Part shown: piece after piece, positions 40,424-49,814 of the stretch | Layout: every line of letters begins with the position of its first letter | How positions within the stretch are numbered: the stretch's first letter is position 1 | Assembly (NCBI GenBank): GCA_003142375.1 | Contig: PLME01000019.1 | Coordinates: 37,102-88,706 of the forward strand | Length of the DNA stretch: 51,605 nucleotides | Source: Dehalococcoidia bacterium | Lineage (GTDB): Bacteria; Chloroflexota; Dehalococcoidia; GIF9; UBA5629 | Direction of reading: 5' to 3' | The notes under the pieces: generated by a model | Told to the model about the DNA's origin: nothing | Databases searched by the model: none | What the model saw: only the letters and a program-made list of their open reading frames with translations | Program-made: the position numbers and the translations under genes

Positions 40424-40508
40424 TTGTTTCCTCGTTTATCCGTCTCTTCCCGGTATGAAAGCGAATATATCACCAAATCGAGGAAGAGTAAAGACAATAT
40501 GATCATAT

Positions 40509-41309
40509 TTATTGGTGGTCTGCCTGGAAGCGTGCCACCTGGGGTTGGTTCAGCAGTTCCCATTTGCCGGTGACGCCGCAGCTCAGGGCGCCCAGCTCGA
40601 TGTGCAGCATGGCAATGCCGCAATCCAGCCGCTTGGATACGTTATACTGCGGGCCACCGCCGCTTATCGAAACCGTGATGCTGTCCTCCCCGATATTGAA
40701 GGACCACGGCTGGCGGTTGGTGGCCGAAGGAGCCAAACGCGCTGCTTCCACGGCTTTCTCAGCCCACTGCGGCCGATGGGAGATGTCGAAGCCGCTGACC
40801 ATGCTGGCCAGGGGCTTGCGGCGGCGGTTGGCCCCGAAGGCTGAGAATAAATTTTCGCCGAAGGTCCATGCTTCCGTGGTATGCCCTACCGGGCTGACGG
40901 CCAGCAACTTTTCTCCGACGCTCAGCTTCAGCATGGATAAAGCTGATTTAGAGCGGTAGGTCAACGCTACCCAGCACGTCCCCAGACCCAGTGAAGTTGC
41001 TTCTAAAACTATGCCTTCGCCGGTATAGCCCAGCTTCTCCTGTACGTTGACGTCGGACATATCGCCGATGAAGGCCAGGAAGGCCCGGGCGTTCTTGATG
41101 TTCCCGTAAAAACCCAGGGCGTGGGAGAAGATGTCATCGGGCGGCTCAGGTACGAATTCCACCCTGGCTGAAGAGTAGGGCCTGAACTCGCCGCATGCCT
41201 GCTGCAATTTCTCCGCGGCATCTTTTTCGATCGGCCTGCTTTTATCATAGCTTCGCCGAGAGCAGCGTACTGCGATGGCGTGGTACCAGCTAAGCGGAAG
41301 TGCGGTCAT
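40509..41309 (-). CDS. Nitroreductase family protein (two-domain)
   Basis: RCSRRSY, GLGTCWV, ARLAPSATNRQPW, LDCGIAMLH; ATG 41309 has AGGAG SD. Confidence 0.87.
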   Translation of the reverse strand: MTALPLSWYHAIAVRCSRRSYDKSRPIEKDAAEKLQQACGEFRPYSSARVEFVPEPPDDIFSHALGFYGNIKNARAFLAFIGDMSDVNVQEKLGYTGEGIVLEATSLGLGTCWVALTYRSKSALSMLKLSVGEKLLAVSPVGHTTEAWTFGENLFSAFGANRRRKPLASMVSGFDISHRPQWAEKAVEAARLAPSATNRQPWSFNIGEDSITVSISGGGPQYNVSKRLDCGIAMLHIELGALSCGVTGKWELLNQPQVARFQADHQ

Positions 41310-41355
41310 AGAATTTACTCCTATATGTTCATTACCGGAGGCACATATTGTGTTA

Positions 41356-41438
41356 AATTTAGATTCTTGTGCACTAATTGTCAAGACGTTTTACTGCGGG
41401 TATTTTTATTTTGCACGTAACCTCATGGATGCTATAAT
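41356..41438. promoter_or_regulatory. Divergent promoter pair (nitroreductase and ECF S component)
   Basis: Minus strand TTGACA (41384-41379), 17 bp, TAAATT; plus strand TTGCAC (41411-41416), 16 bp, TGnTATAAT (-10 at 41433-41438). Confidence 0.6.
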
Positions 41439-41486
41439 CAGGTCAAAATTCAGTCTTATAAGTAGTCTGATATAGCGAGGTAGACC

Positions 41487-42098
41487 ATGGAAAGTTCAAA
41501 AAATACTGCGGTTTCAATTGCCGTGCCGTTCAAAGGCCTGTATTTCAGCGATTATAGATTATATTTGTTTTCCGCGGGTTTGATAGCCATGGATGTTGCC
41601 GTGCCATGGTGGACACACCAGTTTGGCGTCGCTGGGGCCGCGCTGCTGCCCATGCAATTTTTTGTTTTGCTGGCGGGATTGATGTTTGGCTGGCGGGCCG
41701 GGCTTTTTATAGGCTTGATCAGTCCTGTAGCCAGTTATCTGCTGTCGGGGATGCCGTTGATGGCATTGTTGCCTCAGATAACGATTGAGAGCCTTACCTA
41801 CGGATTTACTGCAGGTTTGCTGCGCGAAAGACTTAACCTGGGTAGCTTTAAATCGCTGGCCTTATCCATGCTGTGCGGCAGGTTGATGCTGCTTGCGGCT
41901 GTGACCGTTATATATTGGAGCCGCAGCATTCCGTTACCGTTGACAATACCAGTGGTGGCCGGTATGCTTCCGACGGTTATCTCGCCTCTATCCTATGTCG
42001 CTGCTGCAGTTTTAATGGGCTTGCCAGGCATCTTAGCCCAGCTGGCGCTTATACCGTTTGCAGCAAGGGCGGCTGACCGCTGGCTGCAGAAGGTCTGA
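41487..42098 (+). CDS. ECF transporter S component
   Basis: Hydrophobic 203 aa; LLPMQFFVLLAGLMFGWRAG, SPVASYLLSGMP, GRL, GLPGILAQL. Confidence 0.8.
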   Translation: MESSKNTAVSIAVPFKGLYFSDYRLYLFSAGLIAMDVAVPWWTHQFGVAGAALLPMQFFVLLAGLMFGWRAGLFIGLISPVASYLLSGMPLMALLPQITIESLTYGFTAGLLRERLNLGSFKSLALSMLCGRLMLLAAVTVIYWSRSIPLPLTIPVVAGMLPTVISPLSYVAAAVLMGLPGILAQLALIPFAARAADRWLQKV

Positions 42099-42103
42099 AG
42101 GCT

Positions 42104-42505
42104 TTGAACCCCTCCTGGATCGAGGAATTCCACAACAGCGCCGACACACTGCGGGTTTATAAAGGCGGCAGCCTTATCTTCAGATCTGATAAAGACCGGC
42201 TGGCTCCCCTGATCGATTTCTTAAGGGATTTTGCTCCGGCCGGAGGGCAGGCATATTTCCTGGACAGGGTTGTGGGCAACGCAGCCGCTTTGCTATTGGT
42301 TAAGGCCCGCTGTTCCGAGGTGTACTCAGAGGTGGGCAGCGAATTGGCGGCACACACATTGCGCGATGCCGGCATAACATTTGAATTCAAGCTCACCGTC
42401 CCCTTTATTGTTAACCAGAGTGGCGATGATATGTGCCCCATGGAGAAGCTTTCGCTGGATAAGACGCCGGAAGACTTCTGGCAAGAGTTGCAGACCTCCA
42501 AATAA
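42104..42505 (+). CDS. DUF1893 (TM1506-like) protein
   Basis: LAPL, DRVVGNAAA, VPFIVN...MCPMEK; TTG start. Confidence 0.8.
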   Translation: MNPSWIEEFHNSADTLRVYKGGSLIFRSDKDRLAPLIDFLRDFAPAGGQAYFLDRVVGNAAALLLVKARCSEVYSEVGSELAAHTLRDAGITFEFKLTVPFIVNQSGDDMCPMEKLSLDKTPEDFWQELQTSK

Positions 42506-42579
42506 TCGACATTTGCCTGTGCTGGCAGCAGTGCCCAAATAGAATTATAATGCGGCATACCAATTAAGGAGGTAATAAA

Positions 42580-43206
42580 GTGGCTGATAGTTATCCGGTA
42601 AGCATGGCTATCGACTATCCCGATCGCAAGCTCAACAGGTTGACCAGTTTCTTCCGCATATTCACTGTTATACCCATTATGATCTTATTCCTGGCGTTGC
42701 TGGGCGGCGGCTACAAGTATACTGCCGGATCAGGCGACACTGGCTGGGCTGTTGGCATGGGTTTCTTATTCCTTCCCATTCTGTTGATGCTCCTGTTCAG
42801 AAAGAAATATCCCAGGTGGTGGTATGACTGGAATTTCAATCTGGCCAGCTTCGCTTTAAGGGTAGGCGCTTATATCTGCCTGCTGACGGATGTCTATCCC
42901 TCCACGGACGAGGAGCAGTCCGTTCATCTGGAGTTGCCTTATCCTGATGCAGCTACCGAGCTGAACCGCTGGCTGCCGCTGGTGAAATGGTTTCTGGCCA
43001 TCCCTCACTTCTTTGTATTGATATTTCTGGAGTTGGCCGCACTGGTGGTTACATTGATTGCCTGGTTCGCCATACTCTTTACCGGCCTTTATCCCAGGGA
43101 CCTGTTCAATTTTGTGGTCGATGTCTTAAGATGGAGGTTGAGGGTGGCAGCCTACTTCATCATCCTGACCACGGACAAATATCCGCCTTTCAGGCTGGGC
43201 GTTTAA
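42580..43206 (+). CDS. DUF4389 family membrane protein
   Basis: Two repeats ending LLTDVYP and LTTDKYPPF; LNRWLPLVKWFLAIPH; GTG start with AAGGAGG SD. Confidence 0.85.
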   Translation: MADSYPVSMAIDYPDRKLNRLTSFFRIFTVIPIMILFLALLGGGYKYTAGSGDTGWAVGMGFLFLPILLMLLFRKKYPRWWYDWNFNLASFALRVGAYICLLTDVYPSTDEEQSVHLELPYPDAATELNRWLPLVKWFLAIPHFFVLIFLELAALVVTLIAWFAILFTGLYPRDLFNFVVDVLRWRLRVAAYFIILTTDKYPPFRLGV

Positions 43207-43261
43207 TTTTCTGAACTGGCACAAGAAGGGAATACCTATAAAGACAAGCGTGGGGACCGGC

Positions 43262-45277
43262 TCATTGTTCGGGTGGGTGGTTCTCGCGTTTGTTTTCATA
43301 CATAAATTTGTCGGCGGTATCCAACAGCTCGCTGAGATTGCAAGGCTCGCTGGATGCCCTGCAGGCTATCCCGAAGCTGAGTGAAAGCTCATAAGGCTTC
43401 TTTTCACGGGTGTTGTAGTCTTTAAGTTTGTTCTCGAGGCGGTTTACGATCGCCTCGGAGTAGGCCTGGTCTGCGCCTGCCATGAAGACGGCGAACTCGT
43501 CGCCGCTTATGCGGCCCACGATATCCGATTCACGGAAGGTCTCTTTAAGCATCCTGGAGGCATTGACCAGAGCGGCATCGCCCTCCAGGTGCCCCATGTT
43601 ATCGTTGATCCATTTCAATTTGTCTATATCGGCGAATAGCAGGGTCACGCCCCTGTCCATGCGGTAGCTCAGCTTTAGCTGCTGGTTGGCCAGGGTGAGG
43701 AAACCCCTTCTGTTATAGAGTCCCGTGAGGTCGTCTATGAGAGAAAGCGACCTGAAGAGGTCTTCGTTCTGTTTGCGTTCCGATACATCGACGATGGTGC
43801 CCAGTGTAGCCTGCCTGCCTTCATAATGTATGGAGGAAACCGATTCCATGAACCACTTTAGTTTGCCGCTGGCGGTCTTGACGCGGTAGTCGTAAGTCTG
43901 GAAACGGTCTTTGGACGACTTGAGCGCCTTGACGGCTTCCTGGCGGACGCGGGCCGCATCTTCCGGCAACACCAGTGAAAGCGCTTCACGGTCTATAAGC
44001 TCGCCTTCGGCGAATCCCAGGTAGTTGCGGAACTGGGGATTGACCAGCCTGAACTTGCCATCCTGGACGATATACATGCCGATGGGCGACCGGCTGAAAA
44101 TGGCGCGGAAGAGATCCTCGGCCTCTTTGCGTTCCGTGATGTCCTGGCCCGAGCTGAAGGTGCCCACGATCCTACCTGTTTCATCCCTGAGCAGCTCGTT
44201 ATGCCAGGTGATGATCCTTTCTTCGCCGCCTGATGTCATCACCGGCCTTTCCTGATATCTTTCCAGCTCGGCGTGGCCGGACATTATATTTACATAATCA
44301 TTTTTAACGGCCTGCCGTATGTTGAGCGGGAGGAACATGTCGAAGGGCTTGCCCAGGATATCCGCCTCTGCAGCCCCCAGGATCTCCCTGCCTTTGCGGT
44401 TAATCATAGTGACCTTTTGCTCGGCGTCCTGGGACAGAAGTATCGACTCCTCGAGGTCGAGGATATTCTGTAATTTATCGCGTTCTTTTTTCAGCAGGCC
44501 GCTGCTTTGCGCCAGGTTATAAAAGAGGATGTCATAGGGCTTTAAAAGGTGCACTACGACTATGGCCCGGTAGATCAGCAGGAATGAGATCAGGTAAAAC
44601 AGGTGCCCCAGTATGCTGAACTGGCTGGTAGGGTCCTTATACAGCATGAAGCACAACTCAGCTGCGATACTGACTCCGATTGAAAGCAGTAAGTAGAGCA
44701 ATACGTCGCGGTCAAACTTTTTACGTGATAACCAGAGCATTCCGGCCGCCATAATGAAAAATGCACAGACTACGAATTCGCTGACGATATAAAATGGGGT
44801 CGGCCCTTCGCCCCAGACGTACGACATTGGGAAGATGTTCCAGAGGAACGTGGAGAGCAAGACCAGCAGCGTGAGAGCACCGAGGCCTAACAACGTAAAA
44901 GTTGCTCTGAATCTGCGCTGAACAAAAACCGGGGCTACCAGCAGGGCTATGCTCTGTAGATATCTGGCGGCTATCCATAGCTGTGTATCCGCATCCGAAG
45001 AGTAGGTGAGGAATAGGGGCATACCCTGATAAGTCAGGGTATGCATGAGCTGCAGTGCGCCCACGTAGAGATAAGCGATGCCCAGGAAGGTGAAATAGTG
45101 GTTATCGGTATAACGGCGGGAATTCCAGGCTATGATGAATATGCTGAAGCATACTACTATGCTGCAAAGCTCTATTATGGTGTGAAACAGGAGATAGTTG
45201 TACAGACTGGTCAGATAAATGGCGGCCAGGATGATGATGCCTGATAGAGCGCGCCAGGTAATTCCGAACTTGGTCAA
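43262..45277 (-). CDS. Membrane diguanylate cyclase: MASE3-PAS-PAS-GGDEF
   Basis: YNYLLFHTIIEL...QLWIAARY MASE3-type TM domain; two PAS/PAC (QDITERK, VDVSERK); DDLTGLYNRR, KWINDNMGH, RESD I-site, SGDEF. Confidence 0.9.
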   Translation of the reverse strand: MTKFGITWRALSGIIILAAIYLTSLYNYLLFHTIIELCSIVVCFSIFIIAWNSRRYTDNHYFTFLGIAYLYVGALQLMHTLTYQGMPLFLTYSSDADTQLWIAARYLQSIALLVAPVFVQRRFRATFTLLGLGALTLLVLLSTFLWNIFPMSYVWGEGPTPFYIVSEFVVCAFFIMAAGMLWLSRKKFDRDVLLYLLLSIGVSIAAELCFMLYKDPTSQFSILGHLFYLISFLLIYRAIVVVHLLKPYDILFYNLAQSSGLLKKERDKLQNILDLEESILLSQDAEQKVTMINRKGREILGAAEADILGKPFDMFLPLNIRQAVKNDYVNIMSGHAELERYQERPVMTSGGEERIITWHNELLRDETGRIVGTFSSGQDITERKEAEDLFRAIFSRSPIGMYIVQDGKFRLVNPQFRNYLGFAEGELIDREALSLVLPEDAARVRQEAVKALKSSKDRFQTYDYRVKTASGKLKWFMESVSSIHYEGRQATLGTIVDVSERKQNEDLFRSLSLIDDLTGLYNRRGFLTLANQQLKLSYRMDRGVTLLFADIDKLKWINDNMGHLEGDAALVNASRMLKETFRESDIVGRISGDEFAVFMAGADQAYSEAIVNRLENKLKDYNTREKKPYELSLSFGIACRASSEPCNLSELLDTADKFMYENKRENHPPEQ

Positions 45278-45387
45278 ATACCACCCCCGGCAAAAATCGG
45301 TGGGACTGGAAAATCAAATCTGTTGTTTCGGCCAAGATTATAACAGACTCAGCCGGACGTTAATAGAGGATTTCCACTAAATTTTAA

Positions 45388-45750
45388 TCAATTTATGACA
45401 TTTTGCAGGATTTCGACGTCTGCATGTTTGGCCGGACTGCCTTTGAACCGCACAGCCACGAAGTCGAATCGCCAGTTCTCGTCAGGCTTTCCGTGGGCAT
45501 TCAAATAGTCCAGCGCCGTCGAAATCAGCCGCTGTTTTTTCCCGCTGGTTATCGATTCCTCCGGCGACCCGAAAGATGTACCTGTCTTGCTGCGCACCTC
45601 GATAAACACCAGGGAGTCTTTGTGGCGGGCTATGATATCTATCTCGCCGTAGCGGCAGCGGTAGTTTTGCTCAATAATACGGTAGCCCTTCTTTTTCAAT
45701 GCTGAGCAGGCCAGTTTCTCCCCGGCGTCGCCCTTCTCCTGTTTATTCAT
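45388..45750 (-). CDS. yraN: YraN (UPF0102) family putative endonuclease
   Basis: GDAGE, NYRCRYGEIDII, FIEVRS, RFDFV. Confidence 0.92.
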   Translation of the reverse strand: MNKQEKGDAGEKLACSALKKKGYRIIEQNYRCRYGEIDIIARHKDSLVFIEVRSKTGTSFGSPEESITSGKKQRLISTALDYLNAHGKPDENWRFDFVAVRFKGSPAKHADVEILQNVIN

Positions 45751-46406
45751 ATCATCCTAGCCAGGTCGCGCACCGGCCCGAAGGTCATGCGGTGGATATG
45801 GCATGCACCGTAGCGCTGAAGACATTTCAAATGTTCGCTGGTGCCGTAGCCCTTGTGATCGCGAAATTTATATTGCGGGTACTTGGCGTCCAGCTTCAGC
45901 ATTATACGGTCGCGCGTCACCTTGGCCACCACCGAGGCGCAGGAGATTACCAGACAGGAGCAGTCGCCTTTGACTATGCCCTTTTGAGGTATGCGCAGCC
46001 GCGGCAGAGGCACGGCGTCCGTCAACAGATAATCGGGGGGTTTTTTCAGCTGCCCGATGGCCAGCTTCATAGCCTTTTTGGTGGCATTTAAAATGTTGAT
46101 ATTGTCGATGATCTGCGGGGAAATGATGCCTGCGCTGAACTCCAGTCCCGAATCCTGCATGAGTGAGAAGATATTTTCACGGATGGTTTTCTGGAGCTGC
46201 TTGCTGTCCCTGACCATCGCCAGCCAGTGGAAATCGGCATGTTCGGGCAGTACCACCACCGCCGCCACCACGGGTCCGGCCAGCGCTCCTCTCCCCGCTT
46301 CGTCCAGGCCGGCCACGCGGCGGTACCCGGCCGCGAAAAGGGCCTGTTCCTCACTGCGGTCCGGCCGGGCTTGAACCCGCTTTACAACTTTCTTCAATTG
46401 TTTCAC
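45747..46406 (-). CDS. rnhB: Ribonuclease HII
   Basis: GLDEAGRGALAGPVVAA, DSKQL, KGD, ASVVAKVTRD, HKGYGT, HRMTF; start probably GTG 46406. Confidence 0.95.
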   Translation of the reverse strand: MKQLKKVVKRVQARPDRSEEQALFAAGYRRVAGLDEAGRGALAGPVVAAVVVLPEHADFHWLAMVRDSKQLQKTIRENIFSLMQDSGLEFSAGIISPQIIDNINILNATKKAMKLAIGQLKKPPDYLLTDAVPLPRLRIPQKGIVKGDCSCLVISCASVVAKVTRDRIMLKLDAKYPQYKFRDHKGYGTSEHLKCLQRYGACHIHRMTFGPVRDLARMI

Positions 46407-46426
46407 CGGGATAATGGATTCTGTAT

Positions 46427-47080
46427 CTAGTGCAAGGCAAAAGCCGGGTACTTTTTTTGCAGGGCGGGCAGCAGGCTCTCCCACACCAGGCGGCTAATTT
46501 CCTCGGGAGGTTGCAGGGCCTGGATGATACGCCATCTCTCGGGTTGCAACTGAGCCGATTTCAGGTAGCCGTTGCGAATCTTGTAGTGAAATGAGATATT
46601 TTCAGCTTCAAAGCGGTCGTCCCCGCTGTTGCGCTTGCGTCCCAGACCGACTTCCGCCTGTGCATCGAGCAGAATCGTGATATCCGGGCTCAATCCACTC
46701 GCTGCCAGCTCATTGATCTCTTCGATCATCTTCAGGTCCAACCCTCGGCCGTATCCCTGGTAAACAAAGGTCGAATCGGAAAAACGGTCGCAAATCACCA
46801 CCTTGCCGGAAGAAAGGGCAGGCAGGATAATGTCTGAGATCAGTTGAAAGCGGCTGGCGGCAAAGAGGAATAGTTCCGCTTCGGCTGCAATATGGAAATC
46901 GCGTTTTACCTTCAATATGTCCCTGATCTTATTTCCCAGGGGCGTCCCTCCCGGCTCGTGCGTTAGGGTGCATGGCAGCCCGTGCTGCCTGAGTGCATTA
47001 TAGAGAAGCCGGGTCTGGGTGCTCTTGCCGCAGCCCTCGCACCCTTCGAAGGTGATGAATAAGCCGGGATAAGAAGTCAT
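46427..47080 (-). CDS. tmk: Thymidylate kinase
   Basis: FEGCEGCGKST, EPGGT, CDRFSDSTFVYQGYGRG. Confidence 0.96.
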   Translation of the reverse strand: MTSYPGLFITFEGCEGCGKSTQTRLLYNALRQHGLPCTLTHEPGGTPLGNKIRDILKVKRDFHIAAEAELFLFAASRFQLISDIILPALSSGKVVICDRFSDSTFVYQGYGRGLDLKMIEEINELAASGLSPDITILLDAQAEVGLGRKRNSGDDRFEAENISFHYKIRNGYLKSAQLQPERWRIIQALQPPEEISRLVWESLLPALQKKYPAFALH

Positions 47081-47106
47081 AACTTAACAACAAATATAAC
47101 GCGGTC

Positions 47107-48603
47107 TCAGTTATTTACTATTTTAACGTGGCGCGCCGGTTCCTTGCCAGTGCTCCTGGATGCCACGTCATGCCTTTCGGCCAGCAGATGCTGCAGCCGC
47201 CGGATGAAGGCATTCTGCGGGCTTAACTCAACTTCCTTCCTGCCGTTTTTCACCTGTTCGATAGCGCTCATGGCCTCATCGAGGGCTGTATCTACAACCT
47301 GGTCCCGTGGCCCCGTATAGATAGTATCCAGGCAGTGGCGCAGTTGTTGAAGGCTGTTTCCCCGGATGGCGTATACAGGTATTCCCAGCAGCTCGGCGTC
47401 CCTCAACTTTTGAGGTTTGCGCCGGAAGTAGTTTTTGGTAGTTATCAGCAGGTTGGATTTCTTCAGGTCGTCGGTTATATCGATATTCATCGCTTTCTCA
47501 TGGGCCGCCTGCTCCAGGATGGGGCGGTTGATGCCGAAAAGGTAGACGTGCAATTTCTCCTTTTTAGCTTCGCTATGGCTGTGTTGCGGTTCGTGCATGG
47601 CTGCGCCCTGCTCTTTGACTATATTGCCCTCCTGGTCCAACCAGCGTATCTCCGACTGGCTCTCCCTGCCGTGCAAAACCGAGTCCACCGCCGCTGCCAC
47701 GTTGGGATGGACCAGCACCTTGTAGCGCTCCTGGATCTCCACCACGATATCGAAGGTGGGAGGCGCTTTGCGTTCCAGGACGGACTTCTGCGTATGGCGG
47801 CGCCGTGCTTCCTCGTCGCCCAGCGTGACGGTCTGTATGCCGCCGATCAAGTCGGAGAGGGTGGGGTTCATCATCAGGTTCTCGAGGCTGTTGCCGTGAG
47901 CCGTCCCGACCAGCTGCACGCCGCGCTCGGCAATGGTTCTTGCGGCCTCGGCCTCCAGGCTGGTGCCGATCTCATCGATTATGATCACCTCGGGCATATG
48001 GTTTTCTACCGCTTCTATCATCACGGCGTGCTGTAAAGTTGGAGTGGGGACCTGCATGCGCCGGGCATGGCCGATGGCGGGATGTGGGATATCTCCGTCC
48101 CCGGCGATCTCGTTGGACGTATCGACTACAATTACGCGCTTCTTCAGATCGTCTGCCAGCACCCGCGCCGTCTCGCGCAGCATGGTGGTCTTGCCGATGC
48201 CGGGGGGACCCATAAGCAGCACATTTTTCCCCGTTTCAACCAGGTCCTGGATTATTTTGGCCGTACCCATGACCGCCCTGCCCACACGGCAGGTCAGGCC
48301 CACGATCTTACCTTCCCTGTTGCGTATGGCGGAGATGCGGTGCAGGGTGCGCGTCAGGCCTGCGCGGTTGTCGCCGCTGAAGCTGCCGATCCTTTTGACA
48401 ACGTGCTCGATATCCGATTCGGTGAGTTCGTGGTCGCCCAGGAAAACCTCGCGGCTGGGGAAGCGCGCCTCGGGCGGGCGGCCCAGGTCCATGACTATTT
48501 CCAGCAGGTCGCCGTCTTCAAGCTCCTTCAGAAGTTCATCGGAGATATTATGCGGCATAACTGCCAGCAGCGATTGTATGTCATCGATATTTACTGTCTG
48601 CAT
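47107..48603 (-). CDS. AAA+ ATPase with C-terminal R3H domain (Ycf45/SpoIIIAA-like)
   Basis: DLGRPP, LHRISAIRNR, GPPGIGKTT, DTSNEIAGDGD, IIDEIG, RRLQHLLA (R3H); AAGGAGG SD. Confidence 0.9.
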   Translation of the reverse strand: MQTVNIDDIQSLLAVMPHNISDELLKELEDGDLLEIVMDLGRPPEARFPSREVFLGDHELTESDIEHVVKRIGSFSGDNRAGLTRTLHRISAIRNREGKIVGLTCRVGRAVMGTAKIIQDLVETGKNVLLMGPPGIGKTTMLRETARVLADDLKKRVIVVDTSNEIAGDGDIPHPAIGHARRMQVPTPTLQHAVMIEAVENHMPEVIIIDEIGTSLEAEAARTIAERGVQLVGTAHGNSLENLMMNPTLSDLIGGIQTVTLGDEEARRRHTQKSVLERKAPPTFDIVVEIQERYKVLVHPNVAAAVDSVLHGRESQSEIRWLDQEGNIVKEQGAAMHEPQHSHSEAKKEKLHVYLFGINRPILEQAAHEKAMNIDITDDLKKSNLLITTKNYFRRKPQKLRDAELLGIPVYAIRGNSLQQLRHCLDTIYTGPRDQVVDTALDEAMSAIEQVKNGRKEVELSPQNAFIRRLQHLLAERHDVASRSTGKEPARHVKIVNN

Positions 48604-48772
48604 AATAACCTCCTTTCAATAGATTTTATCGGGCCTGGGGAAAAGCCTGCGGATGAACGAGGATTAAGCGGGGATGCGCGCAAAACTGTAGAAAAGTTGA
48701 AAAATCTGCGGTCTGCCTTTTTATCATATAACAGTGTCTACAGCCTCATGGGGCTCAGAACACAATTCTATA

Positions 48773-49657
48773 TTACCATCCCCTGGTGGCCATCAGGCTG
48801 TCTTCCGGGATAGCCTTGATATCCAGGCCCGGCATGGCGGCGCCCAATGCCTTCGAGACCTCGGCGATGATGGCCGGATCTTTATAGTGGGTTACCGCCT
48901 TTACAACTGAGATGGCGCGTGCTTCAGGATCGCTGGACTTGAAGATGCCCGATCCGACAAACACACCCTCGGCGCCCAGCTGCATCATAAGTGCTGCATC
49001 GGCGGGTGTAGCTACGCCACCGGCCGCGAAATTGACCACGGGCAGCTTGCCCGTCTTATGGACTTCGATCACCAGCTCCAGCGGGGCTCCCAGCGCCTTG
49101 GCCTCGGCCGGCAGCTCGTCCTCTGACATGGACTGCACCCTGCGCATGGCCGACTGTACCGCGCGCATATGGCGCACGGCCTCAACGATATTTCCGGTGC
49201 CGGCTTCGCCCTTGGTACGAATCATGGCTGCACCTTCCGAGATGCGGCGCAGAGCTTCACCCAGGTCACGGCAGCCGCAGACGAAAGGGACTTTGAAATC
49301 ATGCTTCCAGACGTGATGGCTCTCGTCAGCCGGCGTCAGCACCTCCGACTCGTCTATAAAGTCTACGCCCAGCGCTTCGAGAACCTGGGCCTCGACGAAG
49401 TGTCCTATGCGGCACTTGGCCATCACCGGTATGGTTACCGCCTTCATGATAGCTATAATGACCGTGGGATCAGCCATGCGTGCCACGCCGCCTGCGGCGC
49501 GGATATCGGCCGGCACACGTTCCAGTGCCATTACGGCGCAGGCCCCGGCGTTTTCCGCTATTTTGGCCTGGTCGGGCGTTACTACGTCCATGATAACCCC
49601 GCCCTTGAGCATCTGGGCAAGGCCGGTTTTTACTTTCCAGGTTCCTGTGTCAGTCAT
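48773..49657 (-). CDS. pdxS: Pyridoxal 5'-phosphate synthase lyase subunit
   Basis: [56 protein letters not shown]; pdxT not adjacent. Confidence 0.98.
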   Translation of the reverse strand: MTDTGTWKVKTGLAQMLKGGVIMDVVTPDQAKIAENAGACAVMALERVPADIRAAGGVARMADPTVIIAIMKAVTIPVMAKCRIGHFVEAQVLEALGVDFIDESEVLTPADESHHVWKHDFKVPFVCGCRDLGEALRRISEGAAMIRTKGEAGTGNIVEAVRHMRAVQSAMRRVQSMSEDELPAEAKALGAPLELVIEVHKTGKLPVVNFAAGGVATPADAALMMQLGAEGVFVGSGIFKSSDPEARAISVVKAVTHYKDPAIIAEVSKALGAAMPGLDIKAIPEDSLMATRGW

Positions 49658-49814
49658 TTCAGTATCCTCTTGAAGTTCAGTAGATATACGATTGATTTAT
49701 AGCTGTAAGTGAATTATAGCATTTATCTGAAGCGATTTGAATTTGTTATAATGTTGAATCGGCGGACGTCGGATGGGCATGTAGGCTCAAATTAGCCCCC
49801 GTAGATAGTGAAAA

